From Gemmatimonadota bacterium (GTDB lineage: Bacteria > Gemmatimonadota > Gemmatimonadetes > Longimicrobiales > Gaopeijiaceae): DNA of 64,000 bases. Below the pieces are notes generated by a model. The model was not told where the DNA came from. It made no database searches and worked only from the letters and a program-made list of their open reading frames with translations. Location: assembly GCA_039589315.1 (NCBI GenBank), contig JBDHHQ010000027.1:1-64000 (forward strand). Reading direction: 5' to 3'. A program made the translations under genes and the position numbers. Below, in pieces: positions 1 through 10,254 of this stretch (position 1 is the first letter of the stretch; the number at the start of each line of letters is the position of its first letter).

Positions 1-493
1 ATGACGCAGGCCTTGAGCTTCAGCCCAACCAACCGAGCCACCCGCCCGCTACCGCGGACGGGTAAGGGAGGGCTTCGCCCTCTTGACTTGCTTCCCCTTA
101 TAGATGCTGCGCGAACTAGGAGCTGACCGCGCAGCGACGTGAACACCGTAGGTGTGAACGGAGCAAGCGATCAAGGCTCATCGCTTCGAGAAGCAGCGGG
201 ACGGGACCGACTGGTCAGGAGCGCCTAGCCTTCTGCAGGGGCCACGGCAGGGCCTATCCTGCCACCCTGAGCCCGCCCTCCTTGTAGATGCGCCCACGGG
301 CGAGGGCAGCGGCTACGTCCTCGTGGAAGTGGCCATACGCGGTCTCCGTCGTCTGGATCGAACGATGACCACCCAGCCGCACGCCTCAGAGCACCAGACT
401 CGTCACCTGGAGCACCACCCACGCCCCTGCCAAGTAGGCCAGCGCCCATTGGACGAGCTTGCGCTGGTTCAGGCGGATAGGGAGAGACATCGG

Positions 494-2500
494 TCAGGGC
501 TCGCTTCCGTACTTCTCGAGCAGCGCCTGAAAGCGGGGATAGTCGCGGAGGGGGTCCCAATTCGGATGGAGGCGGAGGAGTGGGACCGAGATTTCACTCG
601 GAACGGCAAGCGCACTTTCCAGTTGGTCGATAGCGGCTTCCGGTTCGTCGAAGATGGTGTAGACGAGGGCGAGATTCAGGACGTACCGCCACGCATTCGT
701 ATGATCGTTCAGAGTCAACCGGACCGTCTCCATCGCCTCCTCGATCGCCGCGGTCTCCCTCCCCATCTGCACGGAGACTTCCGATAGGTCCCAGTGCAGG
801 TGTGGGTTCTCCGGATCTTCCTGGACGGCAGCCCCCAGTATCATCGCCGCGGAGTCACTTTGGATCTGTTTCTCCTGTGCGTCGCCGAGGAGGCCACTCA
901 ACCGGGCACGACTCTGATGGTAGTGCCAGTCCGGCACCGCGGGGCGTTCGAGCTGTAGCAGCCGACGTTCCAGTAGGTCGCGGCACTCTCCGCACACCAA
1001 TGGCCGCAACTCGTTGTAGTAATCCCACCAAAGCACGGCGTCGTCGTAGATATCCGGAGGGACGGTCGCCAGTACCCCGCGGGCTGCCTCTACGTCACCC
1101 TCTTTGAGAATGGGGATCAGTGCCCGCCGGCGGATGGTGGCGGCGCTCACATCTCCCAAAGACACGACGCGGTCGAAGAAACGCTCGGCCAATTCGTACC
1201 GGCGCATGAGCAGATAGGTCTGAGCGACGGCGAGTTGGGCCTCTACGCTTCGAGGATCGTGATCCGCTACCCAGCGCAGGTTCTTCATTGCCGAAGTCCA
1301 CTCGCCACCTGAGCGCTGGCTGAGTCCCAGCCAGAATCGAGTCGCCGGATCGTTCGGATGGCGCTCGAGAGTCCGCTTGAACTGCGCCACGGCCAATTCG
1401 TTCTGACCGAAGCCGAAACGGTAGTAGATGCCCAGCGCGAGGGCTGCCTCTGGCAGGTCTGGAGCAAGCTCAAGAGCCCGATCTACGGCCGCCTTCGCTG
1501 TTGAGATCTCCTCCTCCGAGCGGAGCCCTGCCGCCCCAGTGTTCGCAATGGTCAGCGACTGCGACAAGCCGGCCCAAGCCATCGCAAAGTTGGGGTCGAT
1601 CCTTAGCGCGTTCTGGAAGCGGTGGGCCGCCTCGCTGATTTCAGCGCAGGGAAACCGCAACTCGCACTGACTCATGAGCACAGTGCCTTGGAGGTAGTAC
1701 TCGAATGCCTCCTCGTCGTCCGTGGGCAGAGCCGCGATGCGCGCCTCCTCCTCACTGGTCAGGACGGCACTCAGCGCGGTCACGATCCCCAATGCGATGC
1801 GCCGCTGTATCTCGAACAGGTTCGCGACGCTGTACTCCTCTTCGAAGTCCTCACCCCACACCTGCGTATCGCTGAGCACGTCGGTGAGCTGAAGCGTGAT
1901 GAGGATCCGGTTGCCTGCCCGTTGCACGTCAGCTGTGAGCAAGTAGTCGGCGGTGAGTTCCTCTCCGATGAGCCGCGAGTTCTTTGGCGTGTCTCGGTAC
2001 CCAGCGGCAGACGTGCGCGAGATCACCCTCAGGGCGGCAATGCGGGAGAGCTGGTTCTGAACCTGAGCCCAAACCCCATCGGTGAAGTCAGCATTCTCCG
2101 GTAGCTGGCTGAGGCTCGCAAACGGTAGCACAGCAAGAGACGGGCGGTCGTCCGTGGGTTCGGGCAAGAGGGCCTGAGGCTCCGCCTCAGCCTCAGGCCC
2201 ATCCGTGACCGGCAGGAGTCCCACGGCTCCCGCCCCAATCGTCAGCAGAGCCGCGACCAGGACTAGCTCCATCCCGCTGACGCGCTGCCGACCTTTCTCG
2301 CCGTGGTACCAGGCGAGCACGAGGGTGACGAAGAAGCCGACGACCAGGACCACGGAGAGGCCTTGGAAGAAGACGTTCGGGAGCTGCCAGCGGCCCCCGA
2401 CGGCATCGCTCACCTCGAACAACACCCAAGCCCCCGCGGCGTAGGCCAGAGCCCACTGGAACAGCTTCCGCTCCTTCAGGCGATCGAAAAACGACGCCAT
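494..2500 (-). CDS. Membrane-anchored TolB-like/TPR protein (adenylate-cyclase-associated type)
   Basis: Start MASFFDRLKERKLFQWALAY with 3 N-terminal TM segments. SLAVLPF...LRVISRTS TolB-N-like domain, TPR repeats, C-terminal 'WDPLRDYPRFQALL'. Confidence 0.8.
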   Translation of the reverse strand: MASFFDRLKERKLFQWALAYAAGAWVLFEVSDAVGGRWQLPNVFFQGLSVVLVVGFFVTLVLAWYHGEKGRQRVSGMELVLVAALLTIGAGAVGLLPVTDGPEAEAEPQALLPEPTDDRPSLAVLPFASLSQLPENADFTDGVWAQVQNQLSRIAALRVISRTSAAGYRDTPKNSRLIGEELTADYLLTADVQRAGNRILITLQLTDVLSDTQVWGEDFEEEYSVANLFEIQRRIALGIVTALSAVLTSEEEARIAALPTDDEEAFEYYLQGTVLMSQCELRFPCAEISEAAHRFQNALRIDPNFAMAWAGLSQSLTIANTGAAGLRSEEEISTAKAAVDRALELAPDLPEAALALGIYYRFGFGQNELAVAQFKRTLERHPNDPATRFWLGLSQRSGGEWTSAMKNLRWVADHDPRSVEAQLAVAQTYLLMRRYELAERFFDRVVSLGDVSAATIRRRALIPILKEGDVEAARGVLATVPPDIYDDAVLWWDYYNELRPLVCGECRDLLERRLLQLERPAVPDWHYHQSRARLSGLLGDAQEKQIQSDSAAMILGAAVQEDPENPHLHWDLSEVSVQMGRETAAIEEAMETVRLTLNDHTNAWRYVLNLALVYTIFDEPEAAIDQLESALAVPSEISVPLLRLHPNWDPLRDYPRFQALLEKYGSEP

Positions 2501-2635
2501 GGCGAAGACTCTCGGGTGTTGGGAACCGACAGCTTCACGGTACGGCACGCCGAAGGATCTTCGGGCCACGTCAGGTAGGTGGGTCGTCTCGCTGGGGGGG
2601 AGCGGGAGTCCGTCTGCGTGCCGACAGCAAGATGC
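2501..2635 (-). repeat. Conserved ~135 bp 5' leader, copy 1 (copy 2 at 5912-6050)
   Basis: Shares GCGAAGACTCTCGGG..GGAACCGACAGCTTCACG..CGGCACGCCGAAGGA..TCGGGCCACGTCAGGTAGGTGGGTCGTCTCGCTGGGGG with 5912-6050. Both copies directly precede an ATG on the minus strand. Confidence 0.85.
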
Positions 2636-2973
2636 TGAGGTCCCAGAGTCTTCCGCAACCAATGTGGTCCGGCCGACCGCAGCACTGCCGGGCGGTAGCT
2701 CCAGCGGCAGCCTGATGGCCATGCGGCTCAGCAGGGACGAGCTACGTGCCCAGCGGAGCTAGTGGCCTCCAGGCGGCTCCAGGTCGGCGCCCTCTGGCCC
2801 GGTGACATCCCGCAGCCATTCCAACGCCCGCTCAGCCTCTTCTCGCTCCAGCTCCTTACGAGCCTCACGCACCCTATCGGGGTCGAGTCCTGCAGCCCTC
2901 AGGTCCGCTTCGATCCGATCCAGGGTGAGCGTCTGGCCACCGGAGTGGAATCAGGGGGAGGACTGCCCAGAAC

Positions 2974-3210
2974 TTGACAGTTCGTTGACAGAACGCGGTC
3001 AACCCGGGCAGAGAAGGGCCGAACAGAACCGGAACGCCGAACCGCCAGAATCCACGTCAGACAAGGAAAACCGGAAGGAACAGGACCAGACCGAAGACGG
3101 TTGATAGTCCTCAAAAACCTCTGGGAGTGATCCCGCGCGGGGTCCAAGTCCTGTTCCCCCGTTGCCATCCGGGCGGTAACCTCACGGTGGTACTGTCGGT
3201 TGTACTGTCG
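2974..3210 (+). mobile_element. att-like junction with degenerate tRNA-Leu(CAA) 3' half (3110-3167)
   Basis: CTCAAAA anticodon loop, GGGA-GTGA-TCCC variable arm and a degenerate T arm. Flanked by direct-repeat pairs TTGACAG x2 (2974-2991) and GTACTGTCG x2 (3190-3210). Confidence 0.55.
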
Positions 3211-3406
3211 ATTGGGTTCGGCAAGATGCCGTAGACGGCAATTCTGAAGAACGGCAGATCGTGCGATCCGTCAATGTTTGTGCGGTTTCTTGTCGGAATC
3301 TCGCCCCTATGTTACCCGTCTCCATGGCAGGCGGCCTCCGCGTTCAGGGTCCGGCCGCTCTGCGGTCGGCCGCCCGGGCAAGGGAGAGCCAGGGCCAACT
3401 CTCAAT

Positions 3407-5911
3407 TCAGTTGATATAGCCCAGCGCCCGCAGCGTGCGCAGTTGCTCCGGGGTCAGCACCGCCCCCTCTCCAGAGCGGCTGAATCGCTGTGCCAGGGCC
3501 CTGTGCGCCGCCCATTGAGTCTCGAGGAACTCGGTGTAGTGCTCCACGAGGTCAGGTCGCTCCTCGTGCAGGCTGTGAGAGAGTTGTGGATCGTTCCACA
3601 GGTCGAAGAGCAGCAATGGAGCGGCTCGGCCGTTCTCCTCCGGTGGGGAGGCCTCCCGGTTGACCAGGAGTGACGCGCCCCAGCGCCCGTCGACCACGTC
3701 GATGCGACCGCGGAGCGTGTCTGAAGCGAAGTCACCGTAGAACTCATCGAAGATGACCGGGCGCGGCTCCCAACCTTCCTCCCCCAGGAGCAACGGCGCG
3801 AGCGACTGGCCCTGCGTGATCTCGGGTTCGGGCAGACCGGCGAGGTCAACGATTGTCGGGAGCATGTCGATCATCGATACCGGTTGGGTGAAGCTCTGTC
3901 CGGCAGCGATACGTGCCGGCCAAACCACGATCATCGGGATGCGGGATTCCCACGGGCTGAAGATGGCCTGCTCGGACGTGGAGGGGGCCGCCATTGAGGC
4001 GAAGCTGTGAACGCCGGCGTTGTTATAGCTGTGATCGGCGGCGAGGATGAAGATCGTGTTGTCCCACTCGCCGGCCGCCTTGATCCGGTTCACGAGCCGG
4101 CCGATCTGGTAATCGTTGTGCGCCATCCCCTCGTCGTACAGGGCCATCCTCGCGCTGACGTACTCCATGAGATCGACGCCCGCTCTCTCGAACAGCTCCC
4201 TGAGCCGGGGCAGCGGCACGTTCCAACGGGCCGACCTCGAACGTGGCCAACCAACCTTTTCCAATCGAGAGTCCCAGTCAGCGATGCGCCGTTGCGCGTC
4301 GACGCTGCCGAAAAGGCCGGTGAACGGCGCGACCGGGTGCCATGGAGCGTGCGCATCTACTGACTGAAAATGCACCCAGTAGGGTTGGGCAGGGTACGCC
4401 TCCCGCCATTCCCAGAAGCTCCGATGCATCGACGTCGATGAAGCGGAATGGTTCATGTTGGGCCAGGCCTCGTCCCATAAGGCATCGACGCCTCGATCCA
4501 GGCCGCTCATCCTGCCCGCCCACGAATTCGCAGTGAGGGCTGCTGTTTGGTAGCCACCGCGATGCATGTGCTCCGCCATGGTCACGGCCTGCTCCGGCAG
4601 CGGTTCGGTGTCGTCGGGCCCGCCCAGCACGCTGTGTTGCAGCCCGGTCATGAACGAAGGAGTGGAAACCCTCGTCCAGGTGGAGTTGCTGTACGCGTTC
4701 TCGAACACCGCCCCCTCGGCGGCCAGTCGCTCGAGGTTGGGCGTCGTGCGGCGGTTGTATCCGTAGACACTCATGTGCTCCGCCGAACCTCCGTCGATGA
4801 TGTAGAAGACGACGTTGGGCCGGCCGGCGTCAGGTGAGCCACTGAGGGTGGGTGCACCCCAGAGCGCCACAGTGCCCGGCGCCTCGGCGTCCGCCTGCAG
4901 CGCGAGCGTCACCGTCTGACCCTCGAACGCGGAAAGGTCTACCGAGCGTTGAGCCCAATTCGCTCTGTCGGCGAGGGTCTCCTCGAGCAAGCTCGTCTCT
5001 TCCTGTTGACCGTTGCCGGCGACCGTGACCCTGAAGTCCACCGGTGCCTTGTCCTGAGCCACCCCGAGACCCAGGTCCAGGCGACCGCCGCGGGGCACAC
5101 GGACGGTGAAGGCGACCCGGCCGGGCGTATGAGTGAACAGCGTGCGCCGATGCTCCCCGCTCCCAGCGGCAACGGTCATCACGCCCAGTGGATCACCCGC
5201 GAAGGCCGCCGCTCTCGAGACGACGGTCACCGAGAGGATGTCCACACTGCCTGCCTCGTAGGTCTCGGCTATGACACCGATCCGGCAACATTCATCCCCT
5301 GACGATGGGGGGCCCCAACCCCCCCACAGGGGCAGCAGGTAGCTCTGCACCGACCCATCCGCGATCATCGGGCTGTCCCCGCCCCAGCGCTGAAACAGTC
5401 CGTAGATACCGCGCGGTCCAGACCCCTGGAGGTCGGCGGTGAACACCGCCAATCGGCCGGCGCTCTCTGAGCGGGCGCGGACCAGCAGGCGGGTCGGTTC
5501 CAAAGCCAGCAGGCCCGGGGAATCGGTGTAGATGCCTGCGCCCACCCAGTCTTCCTCAACGGCCACGCGATCTGCGTCGGTCGCGAAGACCCGTAGCGCA
5601 TCGTCCGTGCGGGTCAGCAGCGGCGGGTTACGCGACTCGGCCACGGAAAACGCTCTCCAGTCGGGCTGAGGCTCGTCGAAGTGCCAAACGAGGGACTCGG
5701 GACCCTCCGCAGGCAGCTCGGAGCCATCGATGACCGCGGCGTCGAGATGTTCTTCGAGATGAAGTGGCATGTCGGCCGTGAGGAGCGGCGGGCGCGAACC
5801 AGCGTCGGCACAACCGAGGTTCACGAGAACGCCGATGCCCAGCACCCGCCAGAAGCTCCGGCAGTGGGTCTCGCGGATGCGCTGCCTCAGGGGGTCGAGG
5901 AACCACCACAT
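3407..5911 (-). CDS. Sulfatase-like hydrolase (alkaline phosphatase superfamily) with N-terminal beta domains
   Basis: RPNVVFYIID, YGYNRRTTPNL, ADH and 'LRALGYI' C-terminus. Lacks the canonical C/SxPxR motif (has WTRVSTPS). Confidence 0.8.
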   Translation of the reverse strand: MWWFLDPLRQRIRETHCRSFWRVLGIGVLVNLGCADAGSRPPLLTADMPLHLEEHLDAAVIDGSELPAEGPESLVWHFDEPQPDWRAFSVAESRNPPLLTRTDDALRVFATDADRVAVEEDWVGAGIYTDSPGLLALEPTRLLVRARSESAGRLAVFTADLQGSGPRGIYGLFQRWGGDSPMIADGSVQSYLLPLWGGWGPPSSGDECCRIGVIAETYEAGSVDILSVTVVSRAAAFAGDPLGVMTVAAGSGEHRRTLFTHTPGRVAFTVRVPRGGRLDLGLGVAQDKAPVDFRVTVAGNGQQEETSLLEETLADRANWAQRSVDLSAFEGQTVTLALQADAEAPGTVALWGAPTLSGSPDAGRPNVVFYIIDGGSAEHMSVYGYNRRTTPNLERLAAEGAVFENAYSNSTWTRVSTPSFMTGLQHSVLGGPDDTEPLPEQAVTMAEHMHRGGYQTAALTANSWAGRMSGLDRGVDALWDEAWPNMNHSASSTSMHRSFWEWREAYPAQPYWVHFQSVDAHAPWHPVAPFTGLFGSVDAQRRIADWDSRLEKVGWPRSRSARWNVPLPRLRELFERAGVDLMEYVSARMALYDEGMAHNDYQIGRLVNRIKAAGEWDNTIFILAADHSYNNAGVHSFASMAAPSTSEQAIFSPWESRIPMIVVWPARIAAGQSFTQPVSMIDMLPTIVDLAGLPEPEITQGQSLAPLLLGEEGWEPRPVIFDEFYGDFASDTLRGRIDVVDGRWGASLLVNREASPPEENGRAAPLLLFDLWNDPQLSHSLHEERPDLVEHYTEFLETQWAAHRALAQRFSRSGEGAVLTPEQLRTLRALGYIN

Positions 5912-6050
5912 TGCGAAGACTCTCGGGCGAGAGGAACCGACAGCTTCACGCTGCGGCACGCCGAAGGAGGTCCTCGGGCCACGTCAGGTAGGTGGGTCGT
6001 CTCGCTGGGGGAGCGGGGGCCCGACCGCGTGCCGACGCTGACAAGATGCC
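5912..6050 (-). repeat. Conserved 5' leader, copy 2
   Basis: Aligns by eye with 2501-2635. Confidence 0.85.
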
Positions 6051-6108
6051 GCAACGGCGGACCAGCCGGCAAGAACTCCGGCACCCGCTGAGCCTCGCAT
6101 CAGGCGAA

Positions 6109-6297
6109 GCGGAGGGGGTGGGATTCGAACCCACGTGTCCTTTCGGACGCCGGTTTTCAAGTTCCAACAGGTTTTCTGCGTCTGGTTGCGTGTGGTTGTA
6201 TCTGGCTGCGGGGAAAGGCCGCTTGGCGGTTTGCCACAGTCGGCGTTTTGCGTCTGGTTGCGTCTGTTCGCGGCGGGCGTTGGCAAGACGTTGGCAA
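6109..6297 (-). mobile_element. tRNA-Ser(TGA) 3'-half att-like repeat, copy 1
   Basis: Reverse complement reads TTGCCAACGTCTTGCCAACG...(ACCAGACGCA)n...CTTGAAAACCGGCGTCCGAAAGGACACGTGGGTTCGAATCCCACCCCCTCCGC. No tRNA 5' half upstream. Confidence 0.85.
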
Positions 6298-6390
6298 CGC
6301 TGAGCGGCTCACGTGCCCGGACAAGCAGCGGCGCTTCGAACCCGCACATCGACGGGGTCCTCTAGGGGGCGGTTGGGGCCGGAGTCCCCG

Positions 6391-6746
6391 TCAGTCCGCG
6401 ATCGGTGGCCCCGACTTCAGACGCTCCAGCGCCGCCTCGACCGTCGTGACACGGTCACGCACCGACGGGCTGGCCTGATCCCACAGCTCAAGGAACCGGC
6501 GGTAGTACTCCTCGGCCTTCTCCAGGTTGCCCTCGTCTCCATAGATCTGGCCAAGCCGGATGTACGCGTCGCCGAGGTGGCCCGCGTCAAACCAGATCGA
6601 AGACGACGGCTCCTCCGCGAGATACTCGTAGAACACGCGTGCGGAGTCCGGCTGTTCGAGCGCAGCCCCGCGAGCGCCGTCAACCCCTGTTCGAGGTAGG
6701 CTACCGCTGAGTCGGCCTGCCCTAGAAGGGCGTGGATCTGGGCCAA
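6391..6746 (-). pseudogene. C-terminal fragment of a TPR protein (frameshifted)
   Basis: RLGQIYGDEGNLEKAEEYYRRFLELWDQA resembles the C-terminus of the 48586-50940 protein. The upstream part lies in another frame and there is no N-terminus. Confidence 0.65.
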
Positions 6747-7256
6747 CCTCGTGTAGGCCCATGGTCCGAAGATCGCATCCCGCTCCGGGGGGGGAAGACG
6801 ATCTGAGGCCCTTCAAGTCGAGGGCTACCAAGTATTCTCGGGCCAGGCACTACGCACCCCGGGCCGTGCGTTGAGGCCTTGTCCGCCTTCCTCTGGGAGC
6901 CAATCGGCGGGATCCAGTGACGATGTTAGAGCCCCGTCTTGAGGGTCTTCCCCACAGACAGCGTCGGTTAACTCCCCACAGCGAAGCGACTCGCACACCA
7001 GGCACTTTTCACCATCCCCCCCACCTCGGCAGCCTACCCCCTGGCCCAGCCGAGGATCTTCTGCGTGAACAGTAGGGCACGCCTCGGATTCTATCTCGGG
7101 CTGCCCCCAGAATACTCACCGCTCGGGGTGACTGCTGTCGGCAGTAGACAGCGATGCGGCATGGCCTTCAGCCGCCACTCAGCCTCCGGTCATGGTGACG
7201 GAGTTCGCTTGGGACGCGGTGGCCGGCCAGATGAGCGCAGCTTCGGATAGGACCCT

Positions 7257-8087
7257 ATGGCTGACGTTACCGAGCCTTCCTTCGTCGGTGATTGGCGGAT
7301 CTCTGTCACGAGCAAGAACGCGGGCTGGAGTCAGCGCGTCGTCGTGACGAACACCGAAGCTGGCACGCTGACCCTGAGCGGGGTTCCAGGGGCCTCGCTG
7401 GGCGTGTACCGCAGCGGCCAGACGCAATGGAAGCTGAGAACTGAGCACAACGACGGATCGAGCGGGTGGGAGCCCAGCTGGCTTCAACCGGCCTCATCCA
7501 TCGCCGGTACCCGGTACGAGGTGGGCGTGGCGTCGGAGGACATCACCACCGACCGCAGCGATCGCGACTTCGACGACTTGGTGATTCGCCTGCAGAACCT
7601 GGGTGTGACCGCACAGCCGGTTCCTCCCTTCGCCGTCCGGCCACAGACCCTTCAGGCGATGCCGGAGGGCATCTTCGAGGCCTCCTTCGGTGGGTACTTC
7701 ATGGCCGTGCGGGCGACCAACACGTGGACTCAGACCTGGCCGCCCACGGCGAGCGTCGGACTCACCGACCGCTGCCGCGCCTGGCTGGCAGCCGCCGGGG
7801 TCCAGGTGATCGATCAGTGGCCGGCAAAGGATCAGGACGCTCTGCGCCAGAAGGTCGTGGCTGGCCGGGTCGTGGTCGGAGCTATGCCGGCCTGGGACTC
7901 ACGGCTCATCTACTTCAAGGTCGATGTAGCGAACGCCGCGGTTCGCTGGTCAGTCCAAGCATGCGGTCGTGGCACACCCTCGTCGAGGTTCAAACCACAG
8001 GAGAGTTGCAATGAACCTTCTCCGTGTCCTTCTTGCCCTGCTCATGCTCTCTTGCGGCTCCTGGGCATGCACTCCCGAAGACCTTGA
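7257..8087 (+). CDS. Hypothetical protein, probably 3'-truncated near 7950
   Basis: Coding-like to about YFKVDVANAA, with a DRDFDDLVI Ca-binding-like motif. The tail overlaps the next gene. Confidence 0.5.
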   Translation: MADVTEPSFVGDWRISVTSKNAGWSQRVVVTNTEAGTLTLSGVPGASLGVYRSGQTQWKLRTEHNDGSSGWEPSWLQPASSIAGTRYEVGVASEDITTDRSDRDFDDLVIRLQNLGVTAQPVPPFAVRPQTLQAMPEGIFEASFGGYFMAVRATNTWTQTWPPTASVGLTDRCRAWLAAAGVQVIDQWPAKDQDALRQKVVAGRVVVGAMPAWDSRLIYFKVDVANAAVRWSVQACGRGTPSSRFKPQESCNEPSPCPSCPAHALLRLLGMHSRRP

Positions 8088-8610
8088 GGACTTCATACTG
8101 GCCCTGGCGGAAGCGCTCGACTTGGACCCTGGCGAAGCTGTGACTGTGCTGGCAACTGACACCACGCCGCCCAGCGTGAAGCTTCGTGCTATCTACGACG
8201 GGACCGACGTGAGCGTTGACGGTGCCTTCTCCTCCACGCCCGTCTCGCTCGGACTGCAGACCGGCCAGTATTATTGGCTTGAGGTGATAGCAGAAGACCC
8301 AGAAGGCGTACGGTCCGTTGGCGTGCGGAGTGGCTGCCGTCGAACGAGCTGTCAGAAGGGCGACTTGGGAAGCCTAACCTCGTGCTCCTCCCTCGATCCC
8401 GACAGCGATTGGCCCGAGGATCTAGTCAATCATGCCCAACCGGGCGAGCAGGCGAACACCCGGATGGTTTGGTTTGCACTAGTTGCCAAGGAACCGACGG
8501 AGTGGACTACGTCGTCCGGGTGGCGTTGTACTCGTCCGCCCCCCGTGTGGGGTGGGCGTGCGACCAACTTTTCGGGTATGTCAACCATGGCAGGCTCGAT
8601 ACGTCCCTGA
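8011..8610 (+). CDS. Hypothetical secreted/lipoprotein
   Basis: AGGAGA RBS and signal peptide MNLLRVLLALLMLSC. Confidence 0.55.
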   Translation: MNLLRVLLALLMLSCGSWACTPEDLEDFILALAEALDLDPGEAVTVLATDTTPPSVKLRAIYDGTDVSVDGAFSSTPVSLGLQTGQYYWLEVIAEDPEGVRSVGVRSGCRRTSCQKGDLGSLTSCSSLDPDSDWPEDLVNHAQPGEQANTRMVWFALVAKEPTEWTTSSGWRCTRPPPVWGGRATNFSGMSTMAGSIRP

Positions 8611-8694
8611 CTCCTCCTGCCGCCCGCGAGCTTTCGCGACACTCGGTGGGTACAAGGCCAAGAGCACGCATATGGCGGCCGGTGGGCCAGCTGA

Positions 8695-9175
8695 TCGCGC
8701 CCCCTCGCACCCGGTTCTCCCCGTATGCGCGAGGAGCGAGTCACCGGCCCTCCGAGACGGGGGGCCTCCCGTACCCCTCCGGGACACCCTTTGTAGGTTA
8801 GGCTCCCGGAATCACCGCTGTTTCGCCTCGCACACGGGGAACGAAGCCTGCGGGGTCGCTCTGCCGGTCGTCGGCTCCCTCGAACCCGGGGGGGCCTCCC
8901 GTACCCCTCCGGGACACGCCTCGTGAGCCAAGCCCCCGGAATTACCGCTGTTTCGCCTCGCACACGGGGAAGCAGGGGCGTGAAGGCGCTCCTGGGGGAG
9001 GACTCCCTCGAACCACGCGGCGAGCTACCCACCCGTCCCAGACCGCTAGTTCCGCTAGTTCCACCGCCAGTTTCGCTCGCCTCCACCGGTGTCTTCACCT
9101 GTGTTTTCACCCCTGTCTTCCTTGATCCGCACCTCGCGCATACGGGGAGGGAGCGGTGCAAGGGCGCTTGGAGGG
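8695..9175. repeat. Complex repeat, left end (inverted counterpart at 25590-26180)
   Basis: Internal ~130 bp-period tandem (GGGGGCCTCCCGTACCCCTCCGGGACAC; CCGGAAT.ACCGCTGTTTCGCCTCGCACACGGGGAA, both twice). 9012-9175 is the inverted match of 25590-25753. Confidence 0.8.
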
Positions 9176-9240
9176 TCCAGGAGGCGGTCGGACTAACACA
9201 GTAGGTGGTACCGCAACTGGGGGCTGGTCACCCGGAGCGG

Positions 9241-9744
9241 TCAGGTTTCGATCTCGTTCGTCGAGAACACCTCGCGGCTGCCGTCTCCCCGGAAGGCGAT
9301 GACGTCGTACGTACCCTCTGTGCGCAGGTACCCTTCCTCGTCCAGGTAGTCAGGCGCGCACAGTCCGTTCAGGTACGGCCGTTCGTCGAGCAGGCGCTGG
9401 ATGTCGGCGATGGGGACGTGTCCCTCCATGATGTAGGCCTCGATCACCGCTGTATGGCACGACCAGAGATCCCGAGGAATCTGGAACTCCTGCCGGAGCT
9501 TGTTGGAGTGGATCACCTGCTCCACTTCCACGTTGAAGCCAGCGTCCACCAACTCTGCGGCCCAGGGGCCACAGCACCCCTTGGAGCCCCCGTGCTTCCA
9601 AATGAAGACCTTCGTTCTCTTCGGGGACTGGCTCTGCGTTAGGGCTGAGAGGCGGTCGGGACGCAGGCCGAAGGCCAGCCCCGGAAGTGCAAGTCCGCAG
9701 AGTCGGCGACGTGAAAGCACTGTGCCCTCCTGGTTGGCAGTCAT
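9241..9744 (-). CDS. DUF411/CopG-like periplasmic metal-binding protein
   Basis: Tat-like SRRRL and GCC..W, SCHTA, EGHVP motifs. Confidence 0.8.
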   Translation of the reverse strand: MTANQEGTVLSRRRLCGLALPGLAFGLRPDRLSALTQSQSPKRTKVFIWKHGGSKGCCGPWAAELVDAGFNVEVEQVIHSNKLRQEFQIPRDLWSCHTAVIEAYIMEGHVPIADIQRLLDERPYLNGLCAPDYLDEEGYLRTEGTYDVIAFRGDGSREVFSTNEIET

Positions 9745-9860
9745 GATCGCGGACCGGGGGGCCGACGGCCCGACCGGACAGACGCCACAGCTAGTCGGTG
9801 GCCTGGTAACAGTTGACGGTTGCCGCCTCCTGGCTCGCGGGGGTTCGAAGTTGTCATTAG

Positions 9861-9876
9861 AGCACGTTTCGTGCCG
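9861..9876 (-). promoter_or_regulatory. Candidate sigma54 (-24/-12) promoter for the DUF411 gene
   Basis: Minus strand CGGCACGAAACGTGCT: GG-N10-GC with GGCACG. Confidence 0.6.
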
Positions 9877-9939
9877 AGCTGCTTTCCGAGGAATCACGGG
9901 GAGAGAAGCCGGTTTCTCCCACGGGCGTGGCTTGCGCTC

Positions 9940-9978
9940 TGTGACCTTCGGTGACACACCGTGTCGGGGCGTGTCACA
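9940..9978. promoter_or_regulatory. Tandem degenerate TGTGAC-N7-GTCACA sites (putative activator UAS)
   Basis: TGTGAC-cttcggt-GACACA-c-CGTGTC-ggggcgt-GTCACA, about 65-100 bp upstream of the sigma54 site. Confidence 0.55.
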
Positions 9979-10254
9979 GACGGCGTTGACGAGCGTCAAC
10001 GCCGAAAGAGAGACGCCAACCCCCCCGAACGGAGCCGCCTTTGCCTTTAGCGCCCCCGATCTCTCTGCACAGTAGATTGGCAAGAACACGGAGGGTCCAG
10101 AGAAAGGGCGGCAATGACCCAGAAGACCGAGTCGAAGAACGATCTGGGAGCCGTTCGCGGTGTGCTGGAAAAGTGTGCAAGTTTGGGGGTCGTAGACCCC
10201 ACGAGCGGAGTATGCGCGGAGGAAGGTCCTCTCGGAGTCGGTTCGAAACAGTCC

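Noticed and set aside
20..190. Hairpins at the window start (ACCCGCCCGC-TACC-GCGGACGGGT; GAGGGC-TTC-GCCCTC) as ncRNA or terminator
   Set aside because: No U-tract, no second copy in the window, and no upstream context.
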